Below, piece after piece: positions 29,103 to 39,538 of a DNA stretch of 64,000 nucleotides. The notes under the pieces were generated by a model. It saw nothing but the letters and a program-made list of their open reading frames with translations, searched no databases and was not told where the DNA came from. Position 1 is the first letter of the stretch. Every line of letters begins with the position of its first letter. Source of the stretch: an uncultured bacterium (GTDB taxonomy: Bacteria > Cyanobacteriota > Vampirovibrionia > Gastranaerophilales > Gastranaerophilaceae); contig CASFCQ010000006.1 of the NCBI GenBank assembly GCA_949293185.1, positions 3,389-67,388 of the forward strand, written 5' to 3'. The translations under genes and the position numbers were made by a program.

Positions 29103-29250
29103 ATAAACTCCTTATGATTTTATTTATGAAAATAATAAACAGTAAAACTATTCACAATTCCCCTGCAGTCTATAATTTTCCATCAAATGGCGGATACGCG
29201 GCAGTATTAATATCTGTATAATAAAATTAAACTACGGGGAGAGTTTAACT

Positions 29251-29733
29251 ATGGGACTTCAAATGAGCAGCGGCGTAACGCCGGAAACAGGTTTAATAAA
29301 TACTTTATATAATAAAGCTCAGGATTATGCGTCCAAACTTTTGAATTCCGACGAGCTTGATTTTGCACAATATTTAGATAAAAACTACGAGTCAATCGAC
29401 AAAAATAAAGACAATACTCTTTCTAAAAACGAAATTGCAGCAGCTACAGTTCGTGACCAGAGAAATGAAGAACTGAAAAAGCTTCTGGAAAAAAATGATG
29501 TAGACCAGTTAACAAATAACATAGACAAAAATCAAGACGGCAAAATTACAAAGGATGAAACAAATCCTGATTCCAATGTTCCGGATATTTTAAAATCCGC
29601 ATTAAGAGAGATACAAACAACAAAAGATTTTGGTCTGGCTGCACAAAATTTTACAATGAATATGTGTAAAAATTACTATGCAAATGACACTCTTACCTCT
29701 CTTGCTTCAAATGCAGTAAGCTGCCTTGTTTAA
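29251..29733 (+). CDS. EF-hand-like calcium-binding protein
   Basis: 160 aa with two DxDxDG-type loops, DKNKDNTLSKNE and DKNQDGKITKDE. Confidence 0.6.
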   Translation: MGLQMSSGVTPETGLINTLYNKAQDYASKLLNSDELDFAQYLDKNYESIDKNKDNTLSKNEIAAATVRDQRNEELKKLLEKNDVDQLTNNIDKNQDGKITKDETNPDSNVPDILKSALREIQTTKDFGLAAQNFTMNMCKNYYANDTLTSLASNAVSCLV

Positions 29734-29830
29734 TCAAAAATTTATTGTAAAAATATATTCCCCGTGTATTGAAAAACACGCTCGTATTCGCTATTATAAA
29801 ATTCGGTTATAACACGGGTGAAACATTATA

Positions 29831-31408
29831 ATGATAAAAATTAATGATTTAAAGAAGGATTTTCTTGCCTCTATTATTGTATTTCTTGTCGCAATGCCGC
29901 TTGCAATAGGTATTTCAATAGCGTGCGGTTTGCCGATATACTGCGGTATTATATCAGGAATAATTGGCGGTATTGTTGTAGGAGCATTATCCGGAAATTC
30001 TTTGCAGGTTTCAGGACCTGCTGCAGGATTGATTCTTATTGTTGTTGATATTCTAAACAACCTCGGGGCAGAAAAACTCTTTTTCATTATTTTTGTTGTC
30101 GGGCTTATGCAGATACTGTTCGGGTTTCTTTCGCTCGGCAAGTGGTTTAGAGCAATATCACCGGCAATAATTCAGGGGATGCTTGCCGGAATCGGTATAT
30201 CTATCTTTCTTTCCCAGTTTCATATAATGCTGGACAGCAAACCAAACAACTCTTTCATTGAAAACATTTTTGATCTGTGGAATGTAATTGTAAACTCAGT
30301 ACTGCCGATGGATGGCTCGAGCCACCATCTTGCTTGTATAATCGGAGTTTTGACAATATCTATAATTATTGTATGGGATTTGATTCCTTCTAAAAAGATA
30401 AAAGCAATACCAGCAGCGCTTGTTGCAGTAATAGCGGCTTCGCTTGTTGCAAATCTCTTGAATTTCGACATCAATTACATACAGGTTGACGGCAGCTTCT
30501 GGGGAAGTGCTACATTTATTAAGCCTGAATTATTCAAGCATTTGTTTGATGTAAAAGTTTTTATAAGCGCACTCGTGATAACATTTATCGCCAGTGCGGA
30601 AACTCTGTTGACCTCTACTGCAATAGACAAAATGAGCGACAAGTCAAAAACGGATTACAATAAAGAAATAATAGCACAGGGGGTCGGCAACTCTATTTCC
30701 GGACTTATAGGCGGATTACCAATTACCGGTGTAATAGTTAGAAGTGCCGCAAATATCAATGCCCAAGCCCAAACAAGAATGTCTGCTATTTTGCACGGGG
30801 TGTGGATTTTGCTATTTGTAAGCTTTTTCCCGTCAATACTAAACTATATACCGATATCATCCCTTGCCGCCATACTTGTTTACACAGGTTACAAGCTTGT
30901 TGATGTTAAAGCGGCAAAACATATCCTTAAGTTAAGCAAAGGAGAGTTTGCAATATATGTTATCACTCTTGTTGCAATACTTTTTACAAATCTTTTTGAA
31001 GGTATTGTCGCAGGCTTTATATGCGCACTCATAAAAAGCGCCTACAAAGTGTTAAAAGTGGATATAGATACGGAAACAGACGAACAAACAAATACTGTGA
31101 CAGCAAAAATCCACGGAAACATTACATTTATTCAGCTGCCTACGCTTATTGAATCGTTAGAAAGTCTTCCGAAAAACAGAAACATTGTTTTGTGTGCAGA
31201 AAGACTTCACTACATAGATCATGCCTGCATTGATTTTATAAAGGAATGGGAACACGAACGCCAGGAAGAAATCAAAGCACGGGGCTTAAATTATGATGTA
31301 CATGTTGCCTGGGAACAGATGAAAGAAACATATCCCTCCTTTAGATGGGGACATTTTCATAAAGCACATGAAGAAAAGAAACAAAATAAAAATAACAGTT
31401 TGCACTAA
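29831..31408 (+). CDS. SulP family anion transporter with C-terminal STAS domain
   Basis: 525 aa, multi-TM, with a SulP N-terminal pattern (DFLASIIVFLVAMPLAIGISIACGLP). Confidence 0.9.
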   Translation: MIKINDLKKDFLASIIVFLVAMPLAIGISIACGLPIYCGIISGIIGGIVVGALSGNSLQVSGPAAGLILIVVDILNNLGAEKLFFIIFVVGLMQILFGFLSLGKWFRAISPAIIQGMLAGIGISIFLSQFHIMLDSKPNNSFIENIFDLWNVIVNSVLPMDGSSHHLACIIGVLTISIIIVWDLIPSKKIKAIPAALVAVIAASLVANLLNFDINYIQVDGSFWGSATFIKPELFKHLFDVKVFISALVITFIASAETLLTSTAIDKMSDKSKTDYNKEIIAQGVGNSISGLIGGLPITGVIVRSAANINAQAQTRMSAILHGVWILLFVSFFPSILNYIPISSLAAILVYTGYKLVDVKAAKHILKLSKGEFAIYVITLVAILFTNLFEGIVAGFICALIKSAYKVLKVDIDTETDEQTNTVTAKIHGNITFIQLPTLIESLESLPKNRNIVLCAERLHYIDHACIDFIKEWEHERQEEIKARGLNYDVHVAWEQMKETYPSFRWGHFHKAHEEKKQNKNNSLH

Positions 31409-31421
31409 TTGAAAAACAAAT

Positions 31422-32246
31422 CTATACAATACTCTTTTTTAGACGGTCACTTCTGTTTGTGCTTAAAATATTTTTCAACTTCATAATCGCCTGTGCATGC
31501 AGTTGGCAGACGCGTGACTCTGACACATTTATTGCTTCGCCGATTTCTTTAAGAGTCATGTTTTCGTGGTAGTAAAGCACCATTATCATTCTTTCTCTTT
31601 CGGGAAGACGCTTTAACGCTACTTGTAATTCTTTTTTTACATCCTTATCAACAAGTTGTTCAAGAGGATTTTGAAGATGTTCATCCTGAATGGTATCGAT
31701 TATTTCAACACTTTCTTCGGATGTTCCTTTTTTGTCATAAATGGAGCTGACCTGAGTATCTTCCGCTAACAGAGCTTCTATTTTTTCCTTGTCCATATTC
31801 ATTGCATTAGCAAGCTCTGTTGTTGTTGCAGCTCTGCCCAGTGACTGTTTCATGTTTTCTGCAACTAGTTTTATTTCTTTAATTTTTCTTCTTGTTGAAC
31901 GCGGAATCCAATCCTGAGAACGTATTTTATCAATAATAGTGCCTCTTATACGCATAAGAGCATATGTTTCAAATCGTGCACCTTTATCAGGTGTATATTT
32001 TTCTATAGCATCAATAAGACCTTCGACACCGTAACTTGTAATATCCTCAAGAGAAAAAGTTTGAGGAAGGTTCATTTTTATACGACCGATTACATATCTC
32101 GTAAGATAGATATACTGGACAATAAGTTTATCACGCAAGTTTTTTTGTGATTTATCGTCAAGATATTGCTGCCACAATGCTTCAAGCTCTTCATCTGACA
32201 GTCTTTTTATCCTGCTATACGAATTGTACTCTAACTCTTCACTCAT
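31422..32246 (-). CDS. group 3 sigma-70 factor, FliA/WhiG/SigF type
   Basis: 274 aa with regions 2 (YALMRIRGTIIDKIR) and 4.2 (LKEIGEAINVSESRVCQLHAQAIMKLK). Confidence 0.85.
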   Translation of the reverse strand: MSEELEYNSYSRIKRLSDEELEALWQQYLDDKSQKNLRDKLIVQYIYLTRYVIGRIKMNLPQTFSLEDITSYGVEGLIDAIEKYTPDKGARFETYALMRIRGTIIDKIRSQDWIPRSTRRKIKEIKLVAENMKQSLGRAATTTELANAMNMDKEKIEALLAEDTQVSSIYDKKGTSEESVEIIDTIQDEHLQNPLEQLVDKDVKKELQVALKRLPERERMIMVLYYHENMTLKEIGEAINVSESRVCQLHAQAIMKLKNILSTNRSDRLKKSIV

Positions 32247-32363
32247 TTGTACCGGTATCCAAACGACTTCCCCTAATAAGTCATACTATATGATGGTATA
32301 TTAATATTTTACCCGCTATACAAATGAGGGAATCATGTATACGTATGATTTTTCTGCAATAAA

Positions 32364-33746
32364 TCAGGCTTCTATTTTGTTAACACAGGCTGTAATTGCG
32401 TCCAAAAGTCTTGAAACCTGAATAATTTCTATATCTTTAAATGTTTTTTTATCAATTTTATCTGATGCAGGAACTATTATTTTCTTGAAACCAAGCTTTT
32501 CTGCCTCTTTAATTCTTTTATCTATATTATTAACTGCACGAATCTCTCCGGAAAGTCCAATTTCTCCTACTATTACAGTATCTGCGCTGACAACAACGTC
32601 TCTGGCACAGGTTGCAACAGCCAGAGCCACCCCTAAATCAGCAGCCGGCTCATCAATCTCAAGACCGCCGATAACATTGACATATACATCCTGTTTGCTG
32701 AGATTAAGCCCTATTCGTTTTTCAAGAACAGCAAGTATCTGCAAAAGCCTGTTGTAATCAATACCGTTTGAAACCCTTCTCGGAGACGGATACGGGGTTG
32801 TACCAACAAGCGCCTGCAGCTCTATCAAAAGAGGTCTTGTGCCTTCGTTTGTTGCAATAATAACACTGCCCGGGGTATTATTTTTAGTTCGTTCATTTAA
32901 AAACATTTCACTTGGATTCGATATCTCATGCAACCCGTCGTCGCACATATTAAAGACGCCGACTTCGTTTGTTGTGCCGAATCTGTTTTTCATACAGCGC
33001 AGAAGCCTGTATGATTTATATCTATCCCCTTCAAAATAAATAACCGTGTCCACCATATGCTCAAGAACCTTTGGTCCTGCAATATTGCCTTCTTTAGTAA
33101 CGTGTCCGACAACGACAACCGTAATATTTTTATTTTTTGCTATATCCAGCAGTATATTTGTACATTCTCTTATTTGTGACACGCTTCCGGGCGAACTTGT
33201 CACACCGTCGCTGTACACAGCCTGAATACTGTCTATAATAAGAATTTCCGGCTTTATTTCATCAATTTGTCTTTTTATTGCTTCAAAATTAGTTTGAGAA
33301 TATATGTACAAAGAGTCGGATTTTACCCCCAGCCTTTGTGCACGTAATTTCACCTGAGATGCTGATTCTTCCGCAGAGACATAAAGGGCTTTTCTTCCGC
33401 CTTTACAAATAGCTTTTCCTGTTTGCAAAAGTATTGTTGACTTTCCGATACCGGGATCACCGGCGATTAATACAATAGATCCCTGCACAAGCCCGCCGCC
33501 TAAAACTCTGTCAAACTCTTCAATCCCTGTTGAAAATCTGATAGAGTTGTCTATTTCTATCTCGTTAATCAAACAGGGTGCAATATCATTCAGAACAACT
33601 TTTGCTGCATTTTTAGAAGAGTTATCCTGTTCAAAAGATTCTTCTACGAGTGTGCCCCACTGTCCGCAGTCAGGGCATTTGCCTATATATTTTACAGTTT
33701 CGTATCCGCAGTTCTGGCAGACCCATTTTGATTTAATTTTTGGCAT
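32364..33746 (-). CDS. radA: DNA repair protein RadA
   Basis: 460 aa with a zinc ribbon (CQNCGY..CPDCGQW), Walker A (GDPGIGKST), KNRFG and a Lon-like C-terminal domain. Confidence 0.95.
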   Translation of the reverse strand: MPKIKSKWVCQNCGYETVKYIGKCPDCGQWGTLVEESFEQDNSSKNAAKVVLNDIAPCLINEIEIDNSIRFSTGIEEFDRVLGGGLVQGSIVLIAGDPGIGKSTILLQTGKAICKGGRKALYVSAEESASQVKLRAQRLGVKSDSLYIYSQTNFEAIKRQIDEIKPEILIIDSIQAVYSDGVTSSPGSVSQIRECTNILLDIAKNKNITVVVVGHVTKEGNIAGPKVLEHMVDTVIYFEGDRYKSYRLLRCMKNRFGTTNEVGVFNMCDDGLHEISNPSEMFLNERTKNNTPGSVIIATNEGTRPLLIELQALVGTTPYPSPRRVSNGIDYNRLLQILAVLEKRIGLNLSKQDVYVNVIGGLEIDEPAADLGVALAVATCARDVVVSADTVIVGEIGLSGEIRAVNNIDKRIKEAEKLGFKKIIVPASDKIDKKTFKDIEIIQVSRLLDAITACVNKIEA

Positions 33747-33831
33747 AATTTCTCCGGTTCGATAAATGGATTATATATTAAACCGCACCGGCTGGCAAAC
33801 CGGCTTTAATAGCACAATATAAGTGCTTCTT

Positions 33832-34788
33832 CTATTCAAACAACCCGTAAAAGTGATAGAACTGCAGCGGGTCAATAATCGTTAACTGCTCAATAAACGC
33901 CACATACTCGTTTTCCATTTTTGCGAGAGTATCTTTTTTTGATTGAAGCGCAGAAAACTTCTTTAGATAAATTTTGTATGTATCATTTCTACCCTTGAGC
34001 GCACCGATAAAATATACGGGAGTTTCCATAAGCTGCGCCATCTTAAATGTTCCTACGGGAAACTCAACATCTTTAGCGAAAAATTTATGAGTAAAGGTCA
34101 AATTGGCAGTTCCAGCTGACAGCCTGTCACCCGCCATAAAAGCAATTTCTCCGTTATCAAGCCGCTCTTTCAGCTCGATTGATGTATCAATATTGATTTC
34201 TTCAACAGGAAAAAGCGAAACCGTATTGTGCATCTTTTTTTTGCCGGTTTCATAAATCTTTTTTAAAAACGAATTAAAAACCTTGCACTGCTCCTGACTC
34301 AAGAGAATGTTTACATCCGAGCGCCGGAGCGGGTCTTTGTTTTTAAAAAACATCCGCAAAACGTTGATATTGCCGGTATGTGAACAGATAAAAAATACCC
34401 CTTTTCTGGCTTTTATATCCTCGTAGAATATTTTTTTATCCTCTTCTTTATCGAAAAATATTTTGTTTACATCGTATTCGCCTGCAAAAACCTCCATATT
34501 GTCGACAAGCGAAAATGCGTAGTTTAAAACATTTTTAAAACAATTAAAAATTGTCGGCGATGGAGAAACCACCCCTTTGCCGCTGCAGTAATGTGCAATA
34601 ACAGAAAGGTTCGTTCTTGCATATTCACGCACAGGTTTAGCCGATAAAAAAGCAACAAGCGCGACCCAGAAGGTTAAAAATCTGACTGCATTTTTGCCGA
34701 AAAGCCTGTAAACATAGAGCATAAACATCAGTCTTTTTGTTCCGGCAGCACGCTCTTTCATCTGATACCATTTTCTTTTTTCTGTCAT
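33832..34788 (-). CDS. LpxL/HtrB-like lipid acyltransferase (APE-cluster associated)
   Basis: 318 aa with an N-terminal TM segment and an acyltransferase-like core (ICSHTGNINV). Family assignment is tentative. Confidence 0.6.
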   Translation of the reverse strand: MTEKRKWYQMKERAAGTKRLMFMLYVYRLFGKNAVRFLTFWVALVAFLSAKPVREYARTNLSVIAHYCSGKGVVSPSPTIFNCFKNVLNYAFSLVDNMEVFAGEYDVNKIFFDKEEDKKIFYEDIKARKGVFFICSHTGNINVLRMFFKNKDPLRRSDVNILLSQEQCKVFNSFLKKIYETGKKKMHNTVSLFPVEEINIDTSIELKERLDNGEIAFMAGDRLSAGTANLTFTHKFFAKDVEFPVGTFKMAQLMETPVYFIGALKGRNDTYKIYLKKFSALQSKKDTLAKMENEYVAFIEQLTIIDPLQFYHFYGLFE

Positions 34789-34804
34789 AAAAAGCCTCTG
34801 ATAT

Positions 34805-35914
34805 CTATGCTTTCACACACTCAAGCAAAGTATAGTCGTATTTTCCGATGTTATGGTATGCTTTATTAACCTTCAGGTTTGATTTTTTTATAATATCTTT
34901 CATGTCTGCTTCGTTATACATTTTGCTGCAGCCGTTGGCCATACAGGTAAAATACAAAGATATGTGAGACAGCGCATAGGCAGCACCGGCAAAAAACTGA
35001 TTGTCAATAAACGGCTCGAGAATATAGACCCTTGTGTGTTCGTTAATTCTTTCGCCGACTTTATTTAGAATATGGAGAATCTGCTCTTCTGAAAAGCAAT
35101 CCAAAAACTGGCTCATTAAAACAATTGCAGGGTGGTCAGACTGAGCCGTCATGTCAGGCAGATTGTTTTCCTGTTTTAAAATATCCAGTGCATAAAATTT
35201 AAGTCTGTTAAAATCAGCTTTTTCCTGTTCAAATTTTTCTTTAGCTACCTTTATATTTGCAGGCAAATCAATCATGTTAACTTCGCATTCCGTGTCAAAA
35301 GCAAGACACGCACGCTCAAATTTGCCCGTATTTCCGCCTATGTCAAAAACCTTTGCGGGTGCGGGGTTGAACATGATTTTCAAAACCTCGCCAAAACAGT
35401 CATCCGAATAGTAATGGTCAAACTCGTACCAGCTTTTTAACATCTGCTGCGGAAGCTGAGGCAATATCTCATATATGGTTTTTGAGTTTATATGATGCTT
35501 TTGAAGACCGGCAGGAGTGTTTTTTTCAAACGATTCTTTAAGCTCGTGTGCGCCCAGATAACATACATCTTTTACAAAATTAAAGTTAGCTTTTGTCATC
35601 GGATCGAGCAAAAACGCTTCGCCCAGAGGTGTCGCGCTATACAACCCGTCCTCATCCTTTTGCAAAATCCCCGCGCAAAGTGCCGCATCAAAAAGCGTAA
35701 ACACTGTATATTTAGGAAGATTACATTTCTCCATAACCTGCTCGCGCGTCATCGGGGTTTCGCTTACAACCTGCAGGATATTAAAATCAATCAATGCAGC
35801 AAGAGTCTGAAACGTCATCGGCGCAAATGCTATTTTTTGAGCCTCAGTTAAAACTTCGACTTTTGAGTTTTTGTTTTTTCTTTCTCTTCTGTAGGTTTCA
35901 CGCTTTGTTTGCAT
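34805..35914 (-). CDS. SAM-dependent O-methyltransferase
   Basis: 369 aa with an N-terminal dimerisation / winged-helix part and a class I MTase motif (VFDIGGNTGKF). Confidence 0.8.
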   Translation of the reverse strand: MQTKRETYRRERKNKNSKVEVLTEAQKIAFAPMTFQTLAALIDFNILQVVSETPMTREQVMEKCNLPKYTVFTLFDAALCAGILQKDEDGLYSATPLGEAFLLDPMTKANFNFVKDVCYLGAHELKESFEKNTPAGLQKHHINSKTIYEILPQLPQQMLKSWYEFDHYYSDDCFGEVLKIMFNPAPAKVFDIGGNTGKFERACLAFDTECEVNMIDLPANIKVAKEKFEQEKADFNRLKFYALDILKQENNLPDMTAQSDHPAIVLMSQFLDCFSEEQILHILNKVGERINEHTRVYILEPFIDNQFFAGAAYALSHISLYFTCMANGCSKMYNEADMKDIIKKSNLKVNKAYHNIGKYDYTLLECVKA

Positions 35915-35948
35915 TGCTTTTTACTCCATAATTGCTTAAGATTATACC

Positions 35949-36626
35949 ATGGAAATTTATTACATAAAAATTGACGAATTCTTAAAAAACACGCACAAAA
36001 CCTCGCTCGAAACTTTTTTGGACGGAAAAAATTTTGCCTCACCAAAACGTAGGCAGCAGTATGCACTGGGGCGATTTTTGATTAAATATGTTTTAAAAAA
36101 CCGTTTTAAAATCGACAACCCTAACATTCTTATTAAAGGCAAAAAGCCCTGTATATCTGAAGGGATAAAGTTCAGCCTTACGCACTCGCACAATTACGTT
36201 ATGGCTGTGTTCGACAAAGCAGAGGTTGGAATAGATTTAGAGCTTATGAAAAATCGGGATTTTGAAAAACTCTTTGAGCACTACAAACTTACCCCCGAAA
36301 ACAAAGACAAAATCACATTTTATCAGCTGTGGACAGCTTACGAAGCACGCATAAAGCTGCAGCAGCCACCGCTTTCACAGTTAAACGCAATCTTTAAAAA
36401 AGACTACTGTCTTTGTGTTTGTTCGTCAGAATCCTTAGATATAAGTAATATACTTAAAATATATGAACTCAAAAGACCTACCCACAATACAAATCCCAAC
36501 GAGCTTATCAACTTAAAACTCGTCATAGAAAGTAAAAAGAACGAAAACACGCTTGTTGCGCAGGAAATTAACACTGCTGCTTTAGAATTTGAAGAGTTAG
36601 AACCGTTGAACCTGAAAATAGAATAA
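35949..36626 (+). CDS. 4'-phosphopantetheinyl transferase (Sfp type)
   Basis: Motifs KGKKP, FSLTHS, GIDLE and WTAYEARIK. The last 223 nt overlap the convergent MMPL gene. Confidence 0.8.
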   Translation: MEIYYIKIDEFLKNTHKTSLETFLDGKNFASPKRRQQYALGRFLIKYVLKNRFKIDNPNILIKGKKPCISEGIKFSLTHSHNYVMAVFDKAEVGIDLELMKNRDFEKLFEHYKLTPENKDKITFYQLWTAYEARIKLQQPPLSQLNAIFKKDYCLCVCSSESLDISNILKIYELKRPTHNTNPNELINLKLVIESKKNENTLVAQEINTAALEFEELEPLNLKIE

Positions 36627-38593
36627 TCCATCGTAAACCCTATTATCAAAAACAAAGACAGCACATGAAACAGGTTTACACCATCTCCGGACAAGCCTAT
36701 CAACCCTATTGAAAACATTGAGCCGAGAAATGAAGGCAGAATTATTTTAAACGCATTAACATACCTGTAGATAAACGCAAGAATCACATATAATAGCAAA
36801 ATTGCCGGAGCAAACAAAATCAGACAGACTTTTCTGCAGCTGCCGACTTTTTGAGAGATGTCGTTTTTGAGGTTAATCACGGTTATCGGGTCTTTTTCCG
36901 GCTCAATAGCCTGTTTTATCGCATTCACCTCTCCGTTAACAACCATCACAGACGTATTTTCGTTATACAAAAAGTCTTTGAGCATTTTAAAGTTAGAGTT
37001 TTCAAGCGTTAAAAAATCCTCAGGCGGCTGCTCTTTTAAAAGTGCATCTATGCTTTTTTCAGGCAAAAATGCCGACGCATATGGCTTTAAAGAGTTTTTA
37101 TACAACTTCTTTATAAGTTCTCTGTTTTCAGTTTGCTGTTTTATCGACGGAACAAAACGGCTCAGCGCGTAGTATTCAATATTTTTTGCCCGCAAGAGTG
37201 CGCCTGTATTCTCTTCTTTTTCAAGGAGTTTTTGTGTATCAGGTGTCGAGGTTATTATAAAATTCAGGTTAAAATCAGTCTGAGAAAGCTGCGCATAAAG
37301 TTTTTCAGCCATTGCAAGAGATTTTGGCGGAACATACATATCCTTGATATCGTCGTTGAATTTCAGGTTAAACATGCCTGCTGCGGCAATCACAACCATA
37401 GCCGCAACAATCAAATATCTGTATTTTATATCCAAAGCTCGGAAATTAAACTCTCTCCGGTACGGAAGATTAAGTTTTTTACAAAACAGCGGATAAAACA
37501 GCACAACAGTCAGATACACAGTAACAAGTCCCGTAATTGTGTAAGTAGAAATCTGCTTTAAAAGTTCAATATTGGACAAAAGCAGCACAAAAAACGCGCA
37601 AACAGTGGTCAAAAGGCTCTGTGTAAGGCTCGGCATTATGAGCTTTAAATCCCTGTTGTGCGCAAAATAATGCAGGCAATAATCCACGCATATTCCGATT
37701 AAAGTCGAGGCAAAAACAAAAGTCAGTATGTGTATGGAATCAAAAAATACCGACGTTGTAAGATATCCAGTATACATTGCCAGAGCGAGGCTTGCGCCTA
37801 TCGGAATAAGAATTTTAAACGAATTAAAATAAAATTTGCAAAGCAGTATAATAAACAACGACGAAAGCACACATATAAGATTAATTTCTTTCATTGATTT
37901 TGAGCTTGCATAATAAGTATGCACGGGAGCGCCGGCTATATAGATTTTCACGCCTTCGTCCGATACGGAGTCTTTTAACACAACAAGCTCCTTCATCCGC
38001 TCATTAAGCAGAGTAGGCGACAGGGCAAGTTCTTTTTTTATGTTAAACTGCGCCAGCCTGTAGTATTTGCCGTCTTTTTCCGTTTCCTGAGTGCCTGACG
38101 CAGAACCAAAGCTCATCACATAGTCAGTAAGCAAAAGAAACGGGTCCTTATCAAGCGGAAGAAGCGTCAGCCCCATAGGGTTGTACAGTCTTTCATAAGC
38201 CTCCTGCTTCAGGGTTTCATACTGATTTGTTTTTATAAGATTTGCACTGTGCTGCGACAAAAGTCCGCTCCGGTATTTTTTATACGATTCTAGCATAGGC
38301 GCAACATCAGTGTTGTCAGTATAAAAAGCGTTTTTATCAAGTTTTTCAAAAAAGGTTTTAAAAGCGTCATCGAGTTTTTCATAGTCTTCGCTTTCAAAGA
38401 CAGCGTTAATTTTATTAGACTGGCGTTTGCTCAGGTCAACAAGAATCGTATCGGTTTTACTGTTAGTCAAAACAGCCTTTAGAATATTGGTTTCCGTTGT
38501 TTTTGGATTAAAAAACACAACTACGCTCAGCAGTGCAATCACTGTAATAAAAAGTATTCTCGCTATATTAAGTGGTGTTATTTTCATTTGCAA
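36404..38593 (-). CDS. MMPL/RND-superfamily exporter (ApeM-like)
   Basis: 729 aa with two blocks of TM helices separated by periplasmic domains. Confidence 0.85.
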   Translation of the reverse strand: MQMKITPLNIARILFITVIALLSVVVFFNPKTTETNILKAVLTNSKTDTILVDLSKRQSNKINAVFESEDYEKLDDAFKTFFEKLDKNAFYTDNTDVAPMLESYKKYRSGLLSQHSANLIKTNQYETLKQEAYERLYNPMGLTLLPLDKDPFLLLTDYVMSFGSASGTQETEKDGKYYRLAQFNIKKELALSPTLLNERMKELVVLKDSVSDEGVKIYIAGAPVHTYYASSKSMKEINLICVLSSLFIILLCKFYFNSFKILIPIGASLALAMYTGYLTTSVFFDSIHILTFVFASTLIGICVDYCLHYFAHNRDLKLIMPSLTQSLLTTVCAFFVLLLSNIELLKQISTYTITGLVTVYLTVVLFYPLFCKKLNLPYRREFNFRALDIKYRYLIVAAMVVIAAAGMFNLKFNDDIKDMYVPPKSLAMAEKLYAQLSQTDFNLNFIITSTPDTQKLLEKEENTGALLRAKNIEYYALSRFVPSIKQQTENRELIKKLYKNSLKPYASAFLPEKSIDALLKEQPPEDFLTLENSNFKMLKDFLYNENTSVMVVNGEVNAIKQAIEPEKDPITVINLKNDISQKVGSCRKVCLILFAPAILLLYVILAFIYRYVNAFKIILPSFLGSMFSIGLIGLSGDGVNLFHVLSLFLIIGFTMDYSIFRFNGSNSSNSKAAVLISCATSVFSFFLLSMTSFKLISSLGFVLWVGLLSSYILSILLISKDSDEQTQRQ

Positions 38594-39132
38594 TCCGTAT
38601 AGTTTATGGCTGTTTTGCTGTTTTGTGTTTCTATAACCATATTATCAATGACTTTTTGACCTTTTATGTTAATAAGTTTCAGTGCCGCTGCAGGTTTAGA
38701 ACCTTTTTTAGGTTTTAATGCCAATTCCCAGCGGTTGTTTTGCAAAGACATATAATAGATATCGAAGTTTTTTTCCAGATATGTATAGTTTTTGTTTGCC
38801 AGTGCTTTTACAATGGAGCTTATATGTTTATTCTGGTCTGTTGTGTATGAAGCAACAGATTTTACAGGATAAGTAGTTGAAAAAGTAACGCCTTTTTCTT
38901 TCTCAAACTTAAAATTTCCGCCGGATTTCAGGGTTACCGTTGAGGTTGTACTATTTTTAACAGACTTTTCCTGAGTGAATTTGCATGATGTATCGCTAAA
39001 TTCCGGCAAGTTTTTTGCTGCTTCTTTAGCAGTTATTTGGTGGTTAAAAATACTGTCTGCGTTCGCTCTCATGGTGCCTAACCCCGTTACCAAAAGCAAA
39101 AACAAAATGCATAAAATATTTTTAATTTTCAT
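38584..39132 (-). CDS. LolA-like lipoprotein-carrier fold protein (ApeL-like)
   Basis: 182 aa with a signal peptide. Its position and size match the LolA-like gene of APE clusters. Start overlaps the upstream gene. Confidence 0.6.
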   Translation of the reverse strand: MKIKNILCILFLLLVTGLGTMRANADSIFNHQITAKEAAKNLPEFSDTSCKFTQEKSVKNSTTSTVTLKSGGNFKFEKEKGVTFSTTYPVKSVASYTTDQNKHISSIVKALANKNYTYLEKNFDIYYMSLQNNRWELALKPKKGSKPAAALKLINIKGQKVIDNMVIETQNSKTAINYTDCK

Positions 39133-39538
39133 AGCTATCTATTCTCTCTTTTAAAATATCAGGTACTGTGTAGACTGTTTTTCTTGTTTCTATTTCAACA
39201 CAGATTTGCATCGTCTTTGCGCTGAAAAGTTTTGCTCCTGTTTTTTCGTCAAAAATTGTATATTTAAAATTCAAAGACGGTTCAATAGATTCCAGCTCGG
39301 TTTTAATAAGGAGTTTTTGCATAAATTCGCAGGGAGTTATAAACTTCATCTCCATTTTTGCAACAGGATAAGCATAACCTGCCTCTTTAATATCATCGTA
39401 TGTACAGCCGATTTTTGATAAAAAATCACAACGTGCAGCCTCAAGATATTTTACATAGTTTCCGTGCCAGACAACATTCATCGGGTCAAGGTCATAAAAT
39501 TCTACCTGTGTTTTATAAGTTGTTTCAATCTTTTTCAT
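39122..39538 (-). CDS. 4HBT hotdog thioesterase (ApeK-like)
   Basis: 138 aa with VEFYDLDPMNVVWHGNYVKYLE. Confidence 0.8.
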   Translation of the reverse strand: MKKIETTYKTQVEFYDLDPMNVVWHGNYVKYLEAARCDFLSKIGCTYDDIKEAGYAYPVAKMEMKFITPCEFMQKLLIKTELESIEPSLNFKYTIFDEKTGAKLFSAKTMQICVEIETRKTVYTVPDILKERIDSYEN

